A DNA stretch of 64,000 nucleotides, from positions 23,748,001 to 23,812,000 of the forward strand of contig CM075987.1 in NCBI GenBank assembly GCA_038087875.1, written 5' to 3'. The notes beneath the pieces are model-generated. The model saw nothing but the letters and a program-made list of their open reading frames with translations. It ran no database searches and was not told the DNA's origin. The position numbers and the translations under genes are program-made. Positions 23,971 to 37,161 of this stretch are shown piece by piece (position 1 is the stretch's first letter; each line of letters opens with the position of its first letter). Origin of the DNA: Malacoraja senta (Eukaryota).

Positions 23971-26900
23971 TGAATTGTTTTCAGAGCTGGGGGTGACAAA
24001 GAGCTGCTTTTCTCTGGCATTTGACTGCTTGTTGTCATAAGGTCATAAGTGATAGGAGCAGAATTAGGCCATTCAGCCCATCTGGTTTAATCTGCCATTC
24101 AATCGTGGCTGATCTATCTCTCCCTCCTAACCCCTTTCTCCTGCCTTCTCCCCATAACCCCGTCACACCCATACTAATCAAGAATCTATCTCTGCCTTAA
24201 TAATATCATTTGACTTGGCCTCCACAGCCTTCTGTGGCAACGAATTCCACAGATTCGCCACCCTCTGACAAAATAAATTCCTCCTCATCTCCTTCCTGGA
24301 GGAACGTCCTTTAATTCTGAGGCTATGCCCTCTGGTCCTGGACTCTCCCACTAGTGGAAACATCCTCTCCACGTCCACTCTATCCAAGCCTTTCACTATT
24401 CTCCAGAGATGCTGCCTGACCCGCTGAGTTACTCCAGCATTTTGCGTCTATCTCCGATGTAAACCAGCCTCCGCGTCAGAAATGCAGGGTCTGGGGGAAC
24501 AAAGAAAGTGAACTCAAATGACACCCGGCAACGGAGGCCACCAGACACGGATGGAGGAGCGGGCTGAGCTGGGAATGAGGGGACGGTTGCATCTTTGTGG
24601 CCAGAAATAGGATAAATGTTGTGCTTTGCCCTGACCTCCGCTTCCCAACACTCGTTTGTCGCGAGGGACTTGGCGCCCGGGGTGCAGCAGCGCGCACGCG
24701 GGTGATTATTCCAGCTCCTGCAGCCAGAGAGATACACAGAAGTAATGCTTTTGACATCTGCTAATTCAATTAGAGCTTGTATTGTGCGCTTGCTTCCAGT
24801 CTGTTTGACCTGTCACCGTTTCTGGCCACTTTGTTGCCCAGAGCCTGGTGCAGGATCCTGGTAACATGAGCTTCAGCACTTTGCTGAGCAAGTGTGAAAT
24901 GTGTGGAGACAGGGCTCTCTGCTAGGATGTACTGGGCTGAGTGAGGAAGTTAGATGTGCAGGGGCCAGGGGGCAGGAGGTGACTTGTGAATGCTGGCGTT
25001 GATATTTTTCAAGGGAGACCACGGACATTGCCAGTTTCGCAGATTTTCATCGAGACAGTCATCTCATTTTCTAAATTAAATGTCTCTCACGCATTGCCTT
25101 TTCCCGAACACCTCGTTTGGTTCAGAGACACAGTGCGGAAACAGGCCCCTTCGGCCCACCGAGTCCGCTCCGACCGGCGATGTCGGCACACCACACACAC
25201 CAGGGGCGATGTATAACTTTCACCGAAGCCGGTTACCTTACAAACCTGCCGTCTTTGGAGTTTGTGGGGAAACCGGAGCACCCGGAGAAAACCCACGCAG
25301 GTCACGGGGAAAACGTACAAACTCCGTACAGACAAGCACCCGTGGTCAGGATCGAACCCGGGTCTCTGGCGCTGCAAGGCAGCAACTCTACTGCTGCGCC
25401 ACCGTGCCGCCCTTTCTATTCTGTCTTCTGTTCATCTCTCCCTTCCTTTGTATCACTCCCTGTTGCTTGCTCATTCATTTCCTTCTCTGTTCTCCTCTTT
25501 GTCTGAATGTCTCTCGCTCACTCTGTCCCTACATTAAAGCTCTCTGCATCATTGCACCATATACTTTGCAGAGCATTTACGACCCAAATTACAGAGACAG
25601 TAATGTTGCCTCTGTATACTGATTCACCTCCAGGCTAGATAACAGTTAGGTGGTCTCCACAGATGCTACTTACCCCGCTGAGTTCTTCCAGCAGTGTACC
25701 CTTTGCCTCAGGTGCAGCAGAGGTTGGATATATCATCAAGCCCCTGTTGTGTCCCAGCAAACACCTGTCGGACAGGTACACCACAGGTCAGACAGGCTGT
25801 GCAATTAGTCAAAACTATGTCAAAACACCAAGTACTTGTGCTATAGAACCAGGATAAGTGCTCAAGTAAGAAAACCAAGCCCACTGCCAAAATAGTATCT
25901 AAACTATCTACACACACTTATGCTATAGGACAATAGTTTAGTTTAGGGATACAGCGCGGAAACAGGCTCTTCGGCCCACCGAGTCCGCGCCGACCAGCGA
26001 TCCCTGCACATTAACACACTAGGGACAATTTACAATTATACCAACCTACAAACCTGCACGTCTTTGGAGTGCGGGAGGAAACCAGAGCACCCGGAGAAAA
26101 CCCACGTGGTCACAGGGAGAATGTACAACGTACAGACAGCACCCATAGTCAGGATGGAACCTGGGTTTCTGGTGCTGGAGGCAGCAACTCCACCGCTGCG
26201 TCACCGTGTCGCCACTAGGCATTGAAGTCTGGTATTTATGTAACCTAGTGGTTCCCTGCGCTGTGCGTACGTGGAAAGCATGAGGTTGCAGCCCCTGTTT
26301 GAACAGTTCAGGTCGTTGAGTCGAGGTGAGAGGGGTTGCTGGTCGTTCCAGTTCTATTTCAACCTTGTGCTTCTGATCTTTGGGCACCCATTGCAGATTA
26401 GTTTAGAGATGCAGCGCGGAAACAGGCCCTTCGGCCCACCGAGTCCGCGCCGTCCAGCGATCCCCGCAAACCAACACTACTCTACACACACAAGGGACAA
26501 TTTACAATTTTACCACAGCAAATGATAAGATTTTAATTCAACTGATTTGCAGTTCATGTTGCAAAGTTATTTTAAAACAAAAACATTCTAAATGCCCCAA
26601 AAATGGATAAAGGTCAAAGAAAACGAGATTAAATAGAATGTAAAGCCCCCTCGACAATGTTTTGTCAAATATATCCAGGATGGACATTTCCTTGGTCATC
26701 GTCTGCTTTGATCAGTCCTTTTCACACCTTACATTCTCTTTGTCCCCTTCCATATCTCTAGTCTCCCTCTCCAGTGACTCTCAGTCTGAAGAAGGGTCTC
26801 GACCCGAAACGTCACCCATTCCCTTCTCTCCAGAGATGCTGCCTGTCCCCGCTAAGTTACTCCAGCTTTTTGTATCCACCTTTGGTTGTAACACATGTGT

Positions 26901-29900
26901 AGGAAGGAACTGCAGACGCTGGTTTAAACCGAAGATAGACACAAAAAGCTGGAGTAACTCAGCGGGGACAGGCAGCATCTCTGGAGAGAAGGAATGGGTG
27001 GCGTTTGGTCTGAAGAAGGGTCTCGACCCGAAACGTCACCCATTCCTTCTCTCCAGAGATGTTGCCTGTCCCCGCTAAGTTACTCCAGCATTTTGTGTCC
27101 ACCTTTAGTTGTAACACAGTAGGATACAGAACTAAGCTCCTCTCTCACTGTGCCGCACACACGCAAACACACACACGCAAACACACACGCAAACACACAC
27201 TGGGCCTGAGACTTCCACTCTGGATGGACAATGGTAATTCCTTGCAATGAGCCTGCTGCCCGACTGTAGAAATGCCCCCTCTGCTGGTTACAGGGTGAAC
27301 AGCAGCAACATGGGAGAAACAGCTGAGAGCTGACTGTATCAATAGTAAACCTGTGCCCCACATTGACTTTCAACTCACGTGAGGAGAGAGAGAGAGATTC
27401 AAAGACAAGAGCAGAGTAACAAGGACAAGGGTAGAATTGGGGGTCCATTGCCTCTCCCATTAGCCCTGTAGGCTTCTCTCCAGTTCTCTTTTTGGGGTTG
27501 TCATTGAGCTCACTTTCTTTGTTCTGTCAGACATTACCGATGCGCAGGAAGGAACCGAAGATAGACACAAAATGCTGGAGTAACTCGGCGGGTCAGGCAG
27601 CATCTCTGGAGAATAGTGAAAGGCTTGGATAGAGTGGATGTGGAGAGGATGTTTCCACTAGTGGGAGAATCTAGGACCAGAGGGCATAGCCTCAGAATTA
27701 AAAGACGTTCCTCTAGGATGAGGAGGAATTTCTTCAGTCAGAGGGTGGTGAATCTGTGGAATCCATTGCCACAGGCGGCTGTGGAGGCCAAGTCAATGGA
27801 TACTTTTTAAGGCAGAGATAGATCGATTCTTCATTAATACGGGTGTCAGGGGGGTCATGGGGAGAAGGCAGGAGAATGGGGTTAGGAGGGAGAGATAGAT
27901 CAGCCATGATTGAATGGCGGAGTGGGCCAAATGGCCTAATTATGTTCCTATCACATCTGACCTTATGAGAAAAAGAATAGGTGACATTTCGGGTCGAGAT
28001 GAAGGGTCTCAACCTGAAACGTCACCTATTCCTTTTCTCCAGAGATGCTGCCTGACCCGCTGAGTTACTCCGGCATTTTGTGTGCATTTTAGATGATGCC
28101 CTCCCAACAACCAAAGAAACCTCATAGCATTGTCAGCCTCGACTCACTCTATAGGTTGTTTCAACAACTTCCTAAAATCTGTGTGCTCTGATTACCAACT
28201 CTAACTGGAAACAAGTCAAGTTTGTCATCTGCACAGGTTCGGTGAAACATCTAGCTTGCTGCACCATCACAAGGACATAGACTCAGACAACACACAAAAC
28301 ATACATTCTTCATAAATCACACAAATTCTACAAGATAATGAAAAGAAAAATGTGTTAAAAATACAAGACATTAGTGCAAAATACAATTGGCAAACATCAG
28401 CCATGATCACAATGAATGGTGGTGCTGGCTCGAAGGGCTGAATGGTCTCCTCCTGCACCTATTTTCTCTGTTTCTAAATCCAATCAGGTGATCTGTAGAA
28501 ACAAGGAACTGCAGATGCTGGTTAATCCACAAAAGGACGCAAAGTGCTGGAGTAACTCAGCAGGTCAGGCAGCAACTCTGGAGAACGTGGATAGATGACG
28601 TTTCGGATTGAGACCCTTCTTTTATCGGAATTGGTCTTGGCCAGAAAATTCGCGTTCTCCAGAGATGCTGCCTGACCTGCTGAGTTACTCCAGCACTTTC
28701 TGTCCAAACAGGTGATCCGTTGCGTTCCTTTGCTGGGGTAGGGTTAGGGATGTGGAGGTTGGTTCAAGAACCAAATGTTTGTCGGAAAGTAGCTGCTCCT
28801 GATGCTGGTGGTGTGTGACATCAGGCTTCTGTACCTCCTGCCTGATGACAGCGGCAAGAAGAGGGCTGGGCCGGATAGTGGGAAACAGTTGACCGGTACG
28901 ATACGATAGAACTTTATTCATCCCTGGAGGTAAATTGGTCAACAACATATTACGGGAGTGGAGGGTGGTGATGCTATGAGGTTACATTTCTCTGGTGATT
29001 CGGAGGGCATCATCTGAAATGCACACCAAAGCTGCAGTAACTCAGCGGCCCAGGCAGCATCTCTGGAGAAAATGAATAGGTGACGTTTTGGGTCGAGACC
29101 CTTCTTCTCGACCTGAATCTCGATCTCGTCACCTATTCCTTTTACTCCAGATGATAGATCCCACCGCCTTGGAGCAGCGGCTCGTATAGATGCGTTTGAA
29201 AGGGCGGTGGTCAAACTGTGTCAACCCGTTGATTGCCTCTGTGTACCCAGAAATATTGACTTTCCTAAAACAGAATTGCTGTATCACGCTGCTGAGATCC
29301 TTGTGATGCTGGTTTGAGGAGAATCATTTTGATGGACTGATGTTTTCCAAAGAAAATGCTCAAATCTTCGCGAAAAACACCACCCAGCTTCCGTTACAGT
29401 AATGGTGAGACACGGAATTAGAGTTCCCATTGTCTGCCCAACGCCACAAATCTTTGCGTTGCCCATTCTCTCACTGAGGAGACGGACATCACACAGCACT
29501 CTCCACACAACATTTACAACCGGCATGGATGAACGTACGTGAGTGGCTGTGGTTTGTTTAACCAAATAAACTGAGCAGCAGACAGAACCAGAATGCTGGA
29601 GTAACTCAGCGGGACCGGCAGCATCTCTGGAGAGAAGGAATGGGTGACGTTGCTGGTCGAGACCTTTCTTCTTCTGAAGGATCTCGACAAGTCACCCATT
29701 CCGTCTCTCCAGAGATGCTGCCTGTCCCGCTCAGTTAAGGGCCTGTCCCACTTGGCCTTCATTTACGTGTCAGGCCGGTAGTGACTGACGAAGGGTCTGA
29801 AGACGGGTCTCGACCCGAAACGTCACCCATTGCTTCTCTCCAGAGATGCTGCCGGTCCGGCTGAGTTACTCCTGCATTTTGTGTCTATCTCCAATCGTCT

Positions 29901-30023
29901 TGGCCCCGCTCCGGGAGTAGGAGTGGGGGCGGATCCGGATCCGCAACGGCCGTGAGCCCCAGGCCGAGCTCGCCGATCGTTTGCCTGCTTCTGCTGCTGT
30001 TGGAGGTGAGACGCCAGGGTCTT

Positions 30024-30196
30024 GGGCCTGTCCCACTTTGGCCGTCAGTTACGCGACAGGCCGGTGGCGCGCGAAGATTTCGTGCAGGACGAAGTCCACA
30101 CTCCTCCACGCCACTCCATGCGCCCGTCCCGCGCTACCCACGCGCTTGCAGGTCGCGTAAATGGCGCGCGAATGACGGCCAAGTGGGACAGGCCCT
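30024..30196. mobile_element. PIF/Harbinger-like MITE, different subfamily; a partial duplicate of its left end lies at ~29738-29785
   Basis: GGGCCTGTCCCACTT(T)GGCCGTCA .. TGACGGCCAAGTGGGACAGGCCC inverted termini. Confidence 0.65.
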
Positions 30197-30884
30197 CCAC
30201 TCCAGCATTTTGTGTCTTATCTGCGGTGTAAACCAGCATCTGCAGTTCCTCCCTACGCATTTAGACTGAGCAGAGTTTGAACCAGGAAGCGATTCTGGTT
30301 CGACACAGACTGCTGGCCAGTTTGATATCATCTCCTGGTGCTGTGGGGGTTGGGGAGGGGACGATCACACTGAAACATTTCAGTGCCCTCCATGATGTAT
30401 GGCCCATCATTAAATTCCACGGTGATCAGTTGCTTGATATGAGGATGAAATATGTGAAGATTAACAGCTTGACTGTTTGAACAATGAAGGCCCTATATTA
30501 CACTCCAGTAGTAATATGAGCCAGGGTTGGAAGGGTTCCAGGCAGGCTGCTTCTATCACCATTGTATATTAAAGGACCTTATATTCCCAATTAACCGGTC
30601 ATTCAATCAATCATAATGTCATCATAAAATATATTCAATGCAAATATTGGATCTAAAATAGTGGTAATCAATAAACCAAAGCTGCAAATTATTGTTGTGC
30701 TTTTGTCTATCACTTTCGCTCTGCCATATCTCTTCAGCCTTTCTCCTTCATCTATCTAGTGACTAATTCTCTGAATGTAATTGTATAACTCTCTCTATTG
30801 TCCCTTACCCTGTCTGTTCTCTGACTATCTCTTTTATCTTTTTTATCTTTCTCACTCTCCAGTCTTTCCTGCTCTTGCTTCTTG

Positions 30885-31421
30885 CTCTCTCCCCCCACCC
30901 CACTCTCCCCCCCCCACTCTCCCCCCCCACTCTCCCCCCCGCACTCTCTCACCCTCTCTCCTCCCCAGTCTCTTCCCCTCTCCTCCCCACACTCTCTCCC
31001 CCAATCTCTGCCCCTCTCCGCCCCACATTCTCTCCCCCTCTCCCCTCTCTCTCCTCTCTCCCCCCCTCCACCTCTCCCCCCTCCCCCCTCTCTCCTCCTC
31101 TCACCCCTCTCTCTCTCCCTCTCTCTCCCCTCTCTCTTTTCCCTCTCCCCCTAGCCTTCCCTTCCCCCCTCTCTTCCCCCTCCCCACTCCGCCTCTCCCC
31201 CACAGCCTCTCTCTCCCCTCTCTTCCCCCTCCCCCTCCCTCCCCCCTCCAGCCCTCTCCCCATCTTCTCTCCCCCACTCCCTCCCCCCTTTTCCCCCTCT
31301 TCCCCCTCCCCCTCCCTCTCCCCCTCTCCCCCTCCCTCTCCCCCTCTTCCCCCTCTTCCCCCTTACCCTCCCTCTCCCCCTCCCTCTCACCCCCTCTCTC
31401 CCCCTCTTCCCCCACTCCCCT
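30885..31421. repeat. Polypyrimidine/polypurine low-complexity tract (C/T-rich on +)
   Basis: Almost exclusively C and T over ~540 bp. Confidence 0.95.
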
Positions 31422-31804
31422 CATATCTTAATAATTGCTGAATACCAAGGTGGATGTGACTCCCTGAGTTATCGCTCACACCCCACCCTCTCCCTCAGCA
31501 TCACAGAGTGATTCAGTCCCACATTGCCTCCAACAGTTCCTGGCTGCTGTAAATTATTACAGTAATAATTCTGCATAAATTTCATGGTGTTTTGTCTCCT
31601 GTTGCCAGCCCGGTTATTGCTGATAGTTCACAGCTGGGGCTGTGTGAGATTTATGTATCAATCCGCCCACTCCTACCACAAATCTGGACGGTGTGTCTCC
31701 GATCCTCTGCCACTTCCTCGAAACGCAGTGTTTTATTGTCCTGCGTCCCAGATAGAACAATGACATTCTTACTTGCAGCAGCACAACACAATACGTCAAC
31801 ATAG

Positions 31805-32027
31805 TATCGAATTATTCTTATAATGAGGCTCGTACAACGACGTAATCGGAGTCTGTCTTTATTTAGCAACTCACTACAGCAGCAGCCTCGTGCTGCATCC
31901 CCGGGCCCTGCTGCTAGGCCTCTCTCCGGTTACGCCCACAGCCCCACCTTCAGGCCGGATGCCGTCACTGCAGCCTGACCACTGGCAGCAGAATAAAGGC
32001 ATTCCTTTATTATTCCATAATACCACA
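31805..32027 (-). repeat. 3' LTR of the Gypsy element
   Basis: Direct repeat of 36167-36389, preceded on the minus strand by the polypurine tract. Confidence 0.95.
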
Positions 32028-32040
32028 TCTCCCTTTCTTT
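32028..32040 (-). promoter_or_regulatory. Polypurine tract of the Gypsy element
   Basis: Minus strand AAAGAAAGGGAGA directly before the 3' LTR. Confidence 0.85.
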
Positions 32041-32138
32041 GAGAACAAAGGGTGGACTACCTTTGTCTCTGCAGGTCTTAAGGGGTTTATTCTGCCCTTT
32101 TGCTGAAAGACCTGTCCCTGATCAAATAAATCAATAAA

Positions 32139-35100
32139 TCACCAATCAAGTCTCTGCGGCTTTCTAACCTCTCTCCCACACCTGGTCCGCACAGGCTCTG
32201 TGGTGGGGCCCTCTCTGCTGGGTGATGTTGTCACTGGTGGAGCTGGCTCTGGTGTAGGTGAATCTTCTCCCACCGGTGGCTCATCAGCATCGACTACCCC
32301 ACTGTTGGTCTGCAGCGGCACCAAGTGATGCCGGTTCCTCCTCAGTGTGCCCTGAGGCACCTGGACGATATAAGAGCGAGGGGTGTTGTGTGTAGATAGC
32401 ACTGTGCCCTAGACTCGTGCATCGGTGATCCACACATCCTCCCCAGGTACGAGTGGCTCCAGGTTTCTCGCTCCGTGCCTCTTGTCGAAGGATCTTGCGT
32501 CGTTCCTCCTCTTCTCCCTTTCTTTGGCCCCCAGCGCGTTGTAGTCAGGCAAAACTGGATTCAGCAGGGTTGGAAGGGCAGGAACTGTAGTGCGGAGGCG
32601 GCGCCCCATCAACAGCTCGGCCGGGCTATAGCCGTTCTGTAGAGGGGTTGCTCTGTAGGCCAGCAATGCAAGATATGGGTCTGATGCCTTTGTTAGCAGG
32701 TTTTTCACGGTTTGTACAGCGCGTTCCGCCTCCCCATTGCTCTGAGGAAACTTGGGGCTGCTCGTGATGTGCACAAAGCCATACTCTGCTGCAAAGGCTT
32801 TAAAGTGGCTACCTGAGAACTGGGGCCCATTGTCACTTTTAAGAAATTCCCCAATTCCATGACGACAAAACATGGATTTCAGGTGCACCACCACATCTGT
32901 GGACCTTGTGTGTGTCAGCAGCGCAACTTCCACATACCTTGAGAAATAATCTACTACTAGTAGATAAGTCTTGTTTTTCAGCGTGAACAGGTCAGCTCCC
33001 AAGGTTTGCCAAGGCCTGTCTGGCATCTCCGTTGGCATCAGCGGCTCTTTGACGTTCCTTCTCTCTTGGATGCAGGTTCTACATTTCAGCACCATGTCAT
33101 TCAGCTGGCTGCTGAGTCCTGGCCACCATACCGTCTGTTTGGCCCGGCCCCTGCACTTTGTCACCCCCAGGTGTCCCTCATGTAGTCTCTGCAGCACATC
33201 ACCTTGTAAGGCTGTTGGGATGACGAGTCTCGTGCCCCGCAGCAGCAGCCCATCGTGCACAGTCAGCACTGCTCTATCAGCCCAGTAATGTCTCAGCACT
33301 CCCTGCAGTTGGCTTTTGTCGGGCCACCCGTCTGTGCAGTACTCCATCAGTGCAGAGCATGTGCTGTCTGCCTTCAGGTGCTCACGTAGGCTGCTCAGAT
33401 AATCTCCACTGACAGGAATGTTGCTGATGACAGAGTCTACATAGATGTTGGTGTCCTCTAATAGGCTTATGTCTGTGTGTGCTCTTGCGGCTCTCAGAGG
33501 AGCACGGGATAAGGTGTCGGCTGTCCACAGGCTTTTGCCAGGGACATGATTGACTGTATAGTTGTACCTCATGAGTCTCATCCTAAATCTTTGGATTCTT
33601 GGTGGGAGGTCATCCAAAGCTTTCCTTCCCAGCAGACTCACCAACGGCTTATGGTCAGTTTCCAGCTCGAATGGTCTTCCAGGATGAAACAGCTGAACCT
33701 TTCACATGCCCACGTTGCAGCCAATGCCTCCTTCTCTACTTGAGCATAGCGCTGCTCTGTTGGCGTCATTGACCTGGACGCATATGCCACAGGTGACCAC
33801 ATGGCATCGCTCTTCTGCAGCAGGACTGCCCCCAGGCCAAAGGAAGAAGCATCAGCAGAGATCTTTAAAGCACTGTTTGGGTTGTATAATGTGAGCACTG
33901 GTGTGGATGACAGCTCTGTTTTTAACTGATCAAAGGCGGCCTGCTGCTCTGTCCCCCAGTACCAGTGGTTCTTCTTGGACAGCAGGTCTCGTAGCACTTT
34001 GTCTTTTTCAGCCAGGTTAGGCAAGAAGCGGCCCAGCTGATTGACCATGCCCAGAAAACTCCTGAGTTCGCTGACATTTTTGGGTGCATCCATCTCTTGT
34101 ACTGCTCTCGTCTTCTCTGGATCTGGCTTCACTCCATCTGCTGAAATCACATGACCCAGGAATCTGACTGTGTGGCGTGTGAGCTCACATTTGTCCATGT
34201 TGAGCGTAATGCCGGCCTTTTGTGCCTTCTTTAGCACCGCATGTAGCCGCACATCATGCTCCTCCTGCGTCTGTCCCCAGACCAGGATGTCGTCCATGTG
34301 ACACAGTACCCCCTCCAGGCCACCGGTCACTTCTGTCACCATCATCCTTTGAAAGTGCTCGGGGGCTGATGCTATGCCAAAGGGTAGACGGTTAAAATAG
34401 TAACGCCCATAAGGCGTGATGAAGGTGGTGTATTTGGCAGACTCTTTTGTCAATGGTACTTGCCAAAAGCCCATGTTGGCATCTAATTTGCTGAAGACTG
34501 TTGCGCCAGCTAGCATGCCAGAGTGTGCTCGACAGAAGGCAGGATAAACTTTTCTCTGCATACTGATTCATTCATCATTGTGAAATCCACACAAATGCGA
34601 ACATCACCTGCTTTTTCGGCACCACCACCATCCCGGCACACCAATCAGTCGGCTCCTCAATCTTGGTGATTACGCCCATCTTCTCCATACGGTCTATCTC
34701 CTCCTTCACTTTTCCCATAAGCGGCAGAGGGACTCTGCGTGGTGTGTGGAGAGAGAAGGGCACAGCCTCTGGCTTTAATTTAATTGAGTATGGCCTCAGA
34801 ACAAGACCCAAGCCGCTACACAGCTTCGGATATTGTTGTTTCATTGATTCCATGGTGATGCTGTCAACCCTGCACACAAGCTGAAGCTGTTCTATGGCAG
34901 GCCTTCCCAACAGTGCAGTGTGCAGGTCTTTTACTACATAAATGTTCTCTATGGCTGTCTTTTTGCCTCTGCGCAGTGTTTCTCTGGCTACACCTAGGAC
35001 AGAGAGTGCATTGCCCCCTGGCCCAAACAACGGGCGTGTCGGCACTGCCAGGCGCTTCACATCATGCCCCCCTGTAATGTCATGGTACACCTCGGCTGGC

Positions 35101-35148
35101 ATGGCGGTGACATCAGCACCAGTGTCTATTTTAAAGCACACTTTTTTT
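32139..35148 (-). pseudogene. Gypsy pol (protease, RT, RNase H, integrase), interrupted in this assembly by single-base frameshifts and one in-frame stop
   Basis: Protease IDTGA. RT FNRLPFG and HMDD. RNase H ADASSFGLGAVL and EKEALA. Integrase HHCC (LHEGH..C..C) with D,D35E (GADLF, SDNGPQF, AERAV). The C-terminal PRSY..LRRNR motif follows the TAG at 32409-32411. Confidence 0.92.
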
Positions 35149-36070
35149 GTCTCACTTGTAGCTGCACCGTCCACGGGTCTTTTCCAGCATCCACGGCTCC
35201 CAGGAAAAAGCTCTCTTCTTCCTCTGTAGTGACAGCATTCAGAGATTTTGCACTGTTTCTGCACACTTTGCCATAATGTCCCTTTTTGCCACAGTTGTGA
35301 CACACAGCATCTTTAGCAGGGCATTCCCATTTTCCATGCGAGGGCATTTTTCCACATCTATAACAGGCCTTTGAACCTGGCTGTGGCCGTATATTAAGTT
35401 TATTTTTGCCTGGTGTTTGTGCTTGTGGCTGAGGCTTTGAGGGAAATTTGGGTTTTCTGTAGCTTTTAGCATGCACAGCATCAACATTTGAGCACTTGCT
35501 AGCACCGCCATTTTCTCCTCTTAAGTCAGACCGCTGTCGTCTAACTTCTTCAGACTGCCTTGTCTTTGTTATCGCAGTTCCAAGGGTTAGGTCTCTGTCT
35601 AGCTGTAGCTTTTCTGACAATGAGACGTTTCTCAGCCCGACCACTAACCTGTCGCGGATCAGCTCGTTCTGTAACTGTCCATAGTTGCAGTGTTCAGCTA
35701 ATCCGTATAGAGCAGTGATGAAGGAATCCACCGTTTCTTCTGGCAGTTGCACACGCTGATTGAACTTGGCTCTTTCGTAGATTACATTCTTTTTAGGCAC
35801 AAAAAATGCATCAAAGCCAGCCTTAACATCCGTGTACACCTTCCTCTCATCTGCAGTTAGCGTTAGCCCCTTTAGCACATCTTCGGCTTCATCACCCATG
35901 CAGTACACTAACGTGTTCACCTGGTTTTCTTCCGACGTGGCGTTTAAGTTGCTTGCAAGCCGAAAGCGGTCGAATCTCCTGATCCAACGCTCCCATTCTT
36001 GAGGCTTGGTAAAATCGAATGGCTCTGGAGGTTGTATTGTGAACGTAGCAGTTGGTGTAGGTTGCGCCAT
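35126..36070 (-). CDS. Gypsy gag (two Cys/His zinc knuckles) plus start of protease
   Basis: 314-aa ORF with a Gypsy capsid-like W..WIRRF motif and the knuckles CYRCGKMPSHGKWEC and CHNCGKKGHYGKVC. Confidence 0.9.
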   Translation of the reverse strand: MAQPTPTATFTIQPPEPFDFTKPQEWERWIRRFDRFRLASNLNATSEENQVNTLVYCMGDEAEDVLKGLTLTADERKVYTDVKAGFDAFFVPKKNVIYERAKFNQRVQLPEETVDSFITALYGLAEHCNYGQLQNELIRDRLVVGLRNVSLSEKLQLDRDLTLGTAITKTRQSEEVRRQRSDLRGENGGASKCSNVDAVHAKSYRKPKFPSKPQPQAQTPGKNKLNIRPQPGSKACYRCGKMPSHGKWECPAKDAVCHNCGKKGHYGKVCRNSAKSLNAVTTEEEESFFLGAVDAGKDPWTVQLQVRQKKCALK

Positions 36071-36148
36071 ATCTGCCAGCTCATCTCACCTTTCTCCGCC
36101 AAAACGATACACTTTCCTCTTCTTCTTTTTTTTTTTTCGCTTACAAGT

Positions 36149-36166
36149 ATCCCACTTCTGACACCA
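36149..36166 (-). promoter_or_regulatory. Primer binding site complementary to the tRNA-Leu 3' end
   Basis: Minus strand TGGTGTCAGAAGTGGGAT immediately after the 5' LTR. The + strand ATCCCACTTCTGACACCA equals a vertebrate tRNA-Leu 3' end plus CCA. Confidence 0.9.
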
Positions 36167-36389
36167 TATCGAATTATTCTTATAATGAGGCTCGTACAAC
36201 GACGTAATCGGAGTCTGTCTTTATTTAGCAACTCACTACAGCAGCTGCCTCGTGCTGCATCCCCGGGCCCTGCTGCTAGGCCTCTCCCCGGTTACGCCCA
36301 CAGCCCCACCTTCAGGCCGGATGCCGTCACTGCAGCCTGACCACTGGCAGCAGAATAAAGGCATTCCTTTATTATTCCATAATACCACA
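36167..36389 (-). repeat. 5' LTR of the Gypsy element
   Basis: Direct repeat of 31805-32027. On the minus strand it begins TGTGG and ends CGATA, and contains AATAAA. Confidence 0.95.
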
Positions 36390-36446
36390 CATAGCACACT
36401 GTGAACAATATGATAAACGAGAAAAAATGCTCATTGTCCTTATACT

Positions 36447-36454
36447 CACACACA

Positions 36455-36525
<71 letters not shown>

Positions 36526-36603
36526 ACACACACGCGCACACACACACGCACACACACACACGCACACACGCACACACACACGCACACAGACACACACACG
36601 CAG

Positions 36604-36647
<44 letters not shown>

Positions 36648-36841
36648 ACACACACACACACTCACACACACACACACACACTCACACACTCACACACACA
36701 CACACACACTCACACACACACACACACACTCACACACACACACGCACACTCACACACTCACACACACTCACACACACACACACACTCACACACACACACG
36801 CAGGCACACACACACACACACTCACACACACACACACGCAG

Positions 36842-36877
<36 letters not shown>

Positions 36878-36958
36878 GCACGCACGCACACACACACACA
36901 CACACACACTCAAACGCACACACACACGCACACACACACACACACGCACGCATGCACG

Positions 36959-37015
<57 letters not shown>

Positions 37016-37023
37016 GCACACCT

Positions 37024-37087
<64 letters not shown>

Positions 37088-37161
37088 GCACGCACACACA
37101 CACACACGCACGCACGCACGCACGCACGCACATACACACACACACACACGCACACATACAC

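Larger units (their letters stand above)
31805..36389 (-). mobile_element. Full-length Ty3/Gypsy LTR retrotransposon, probably Mag clade
   Basis: Two 223-bp LTRs (31805-32027, 36167-36389) with 2 mismatches by eye. 5-bp TSD CATAG (31800-31804, 36390-36394). PBS and PPT present. Domain order is gag-PR-RT-RH-IN. Confidence 0.97.

Noticed and set aside
30781..31441. Pro/Ser/Leu-rich and Gly/Arg/Glu-rich ORFs
   Set aside because: Low-complexity pyrimidine tract with no stop codons by composition.
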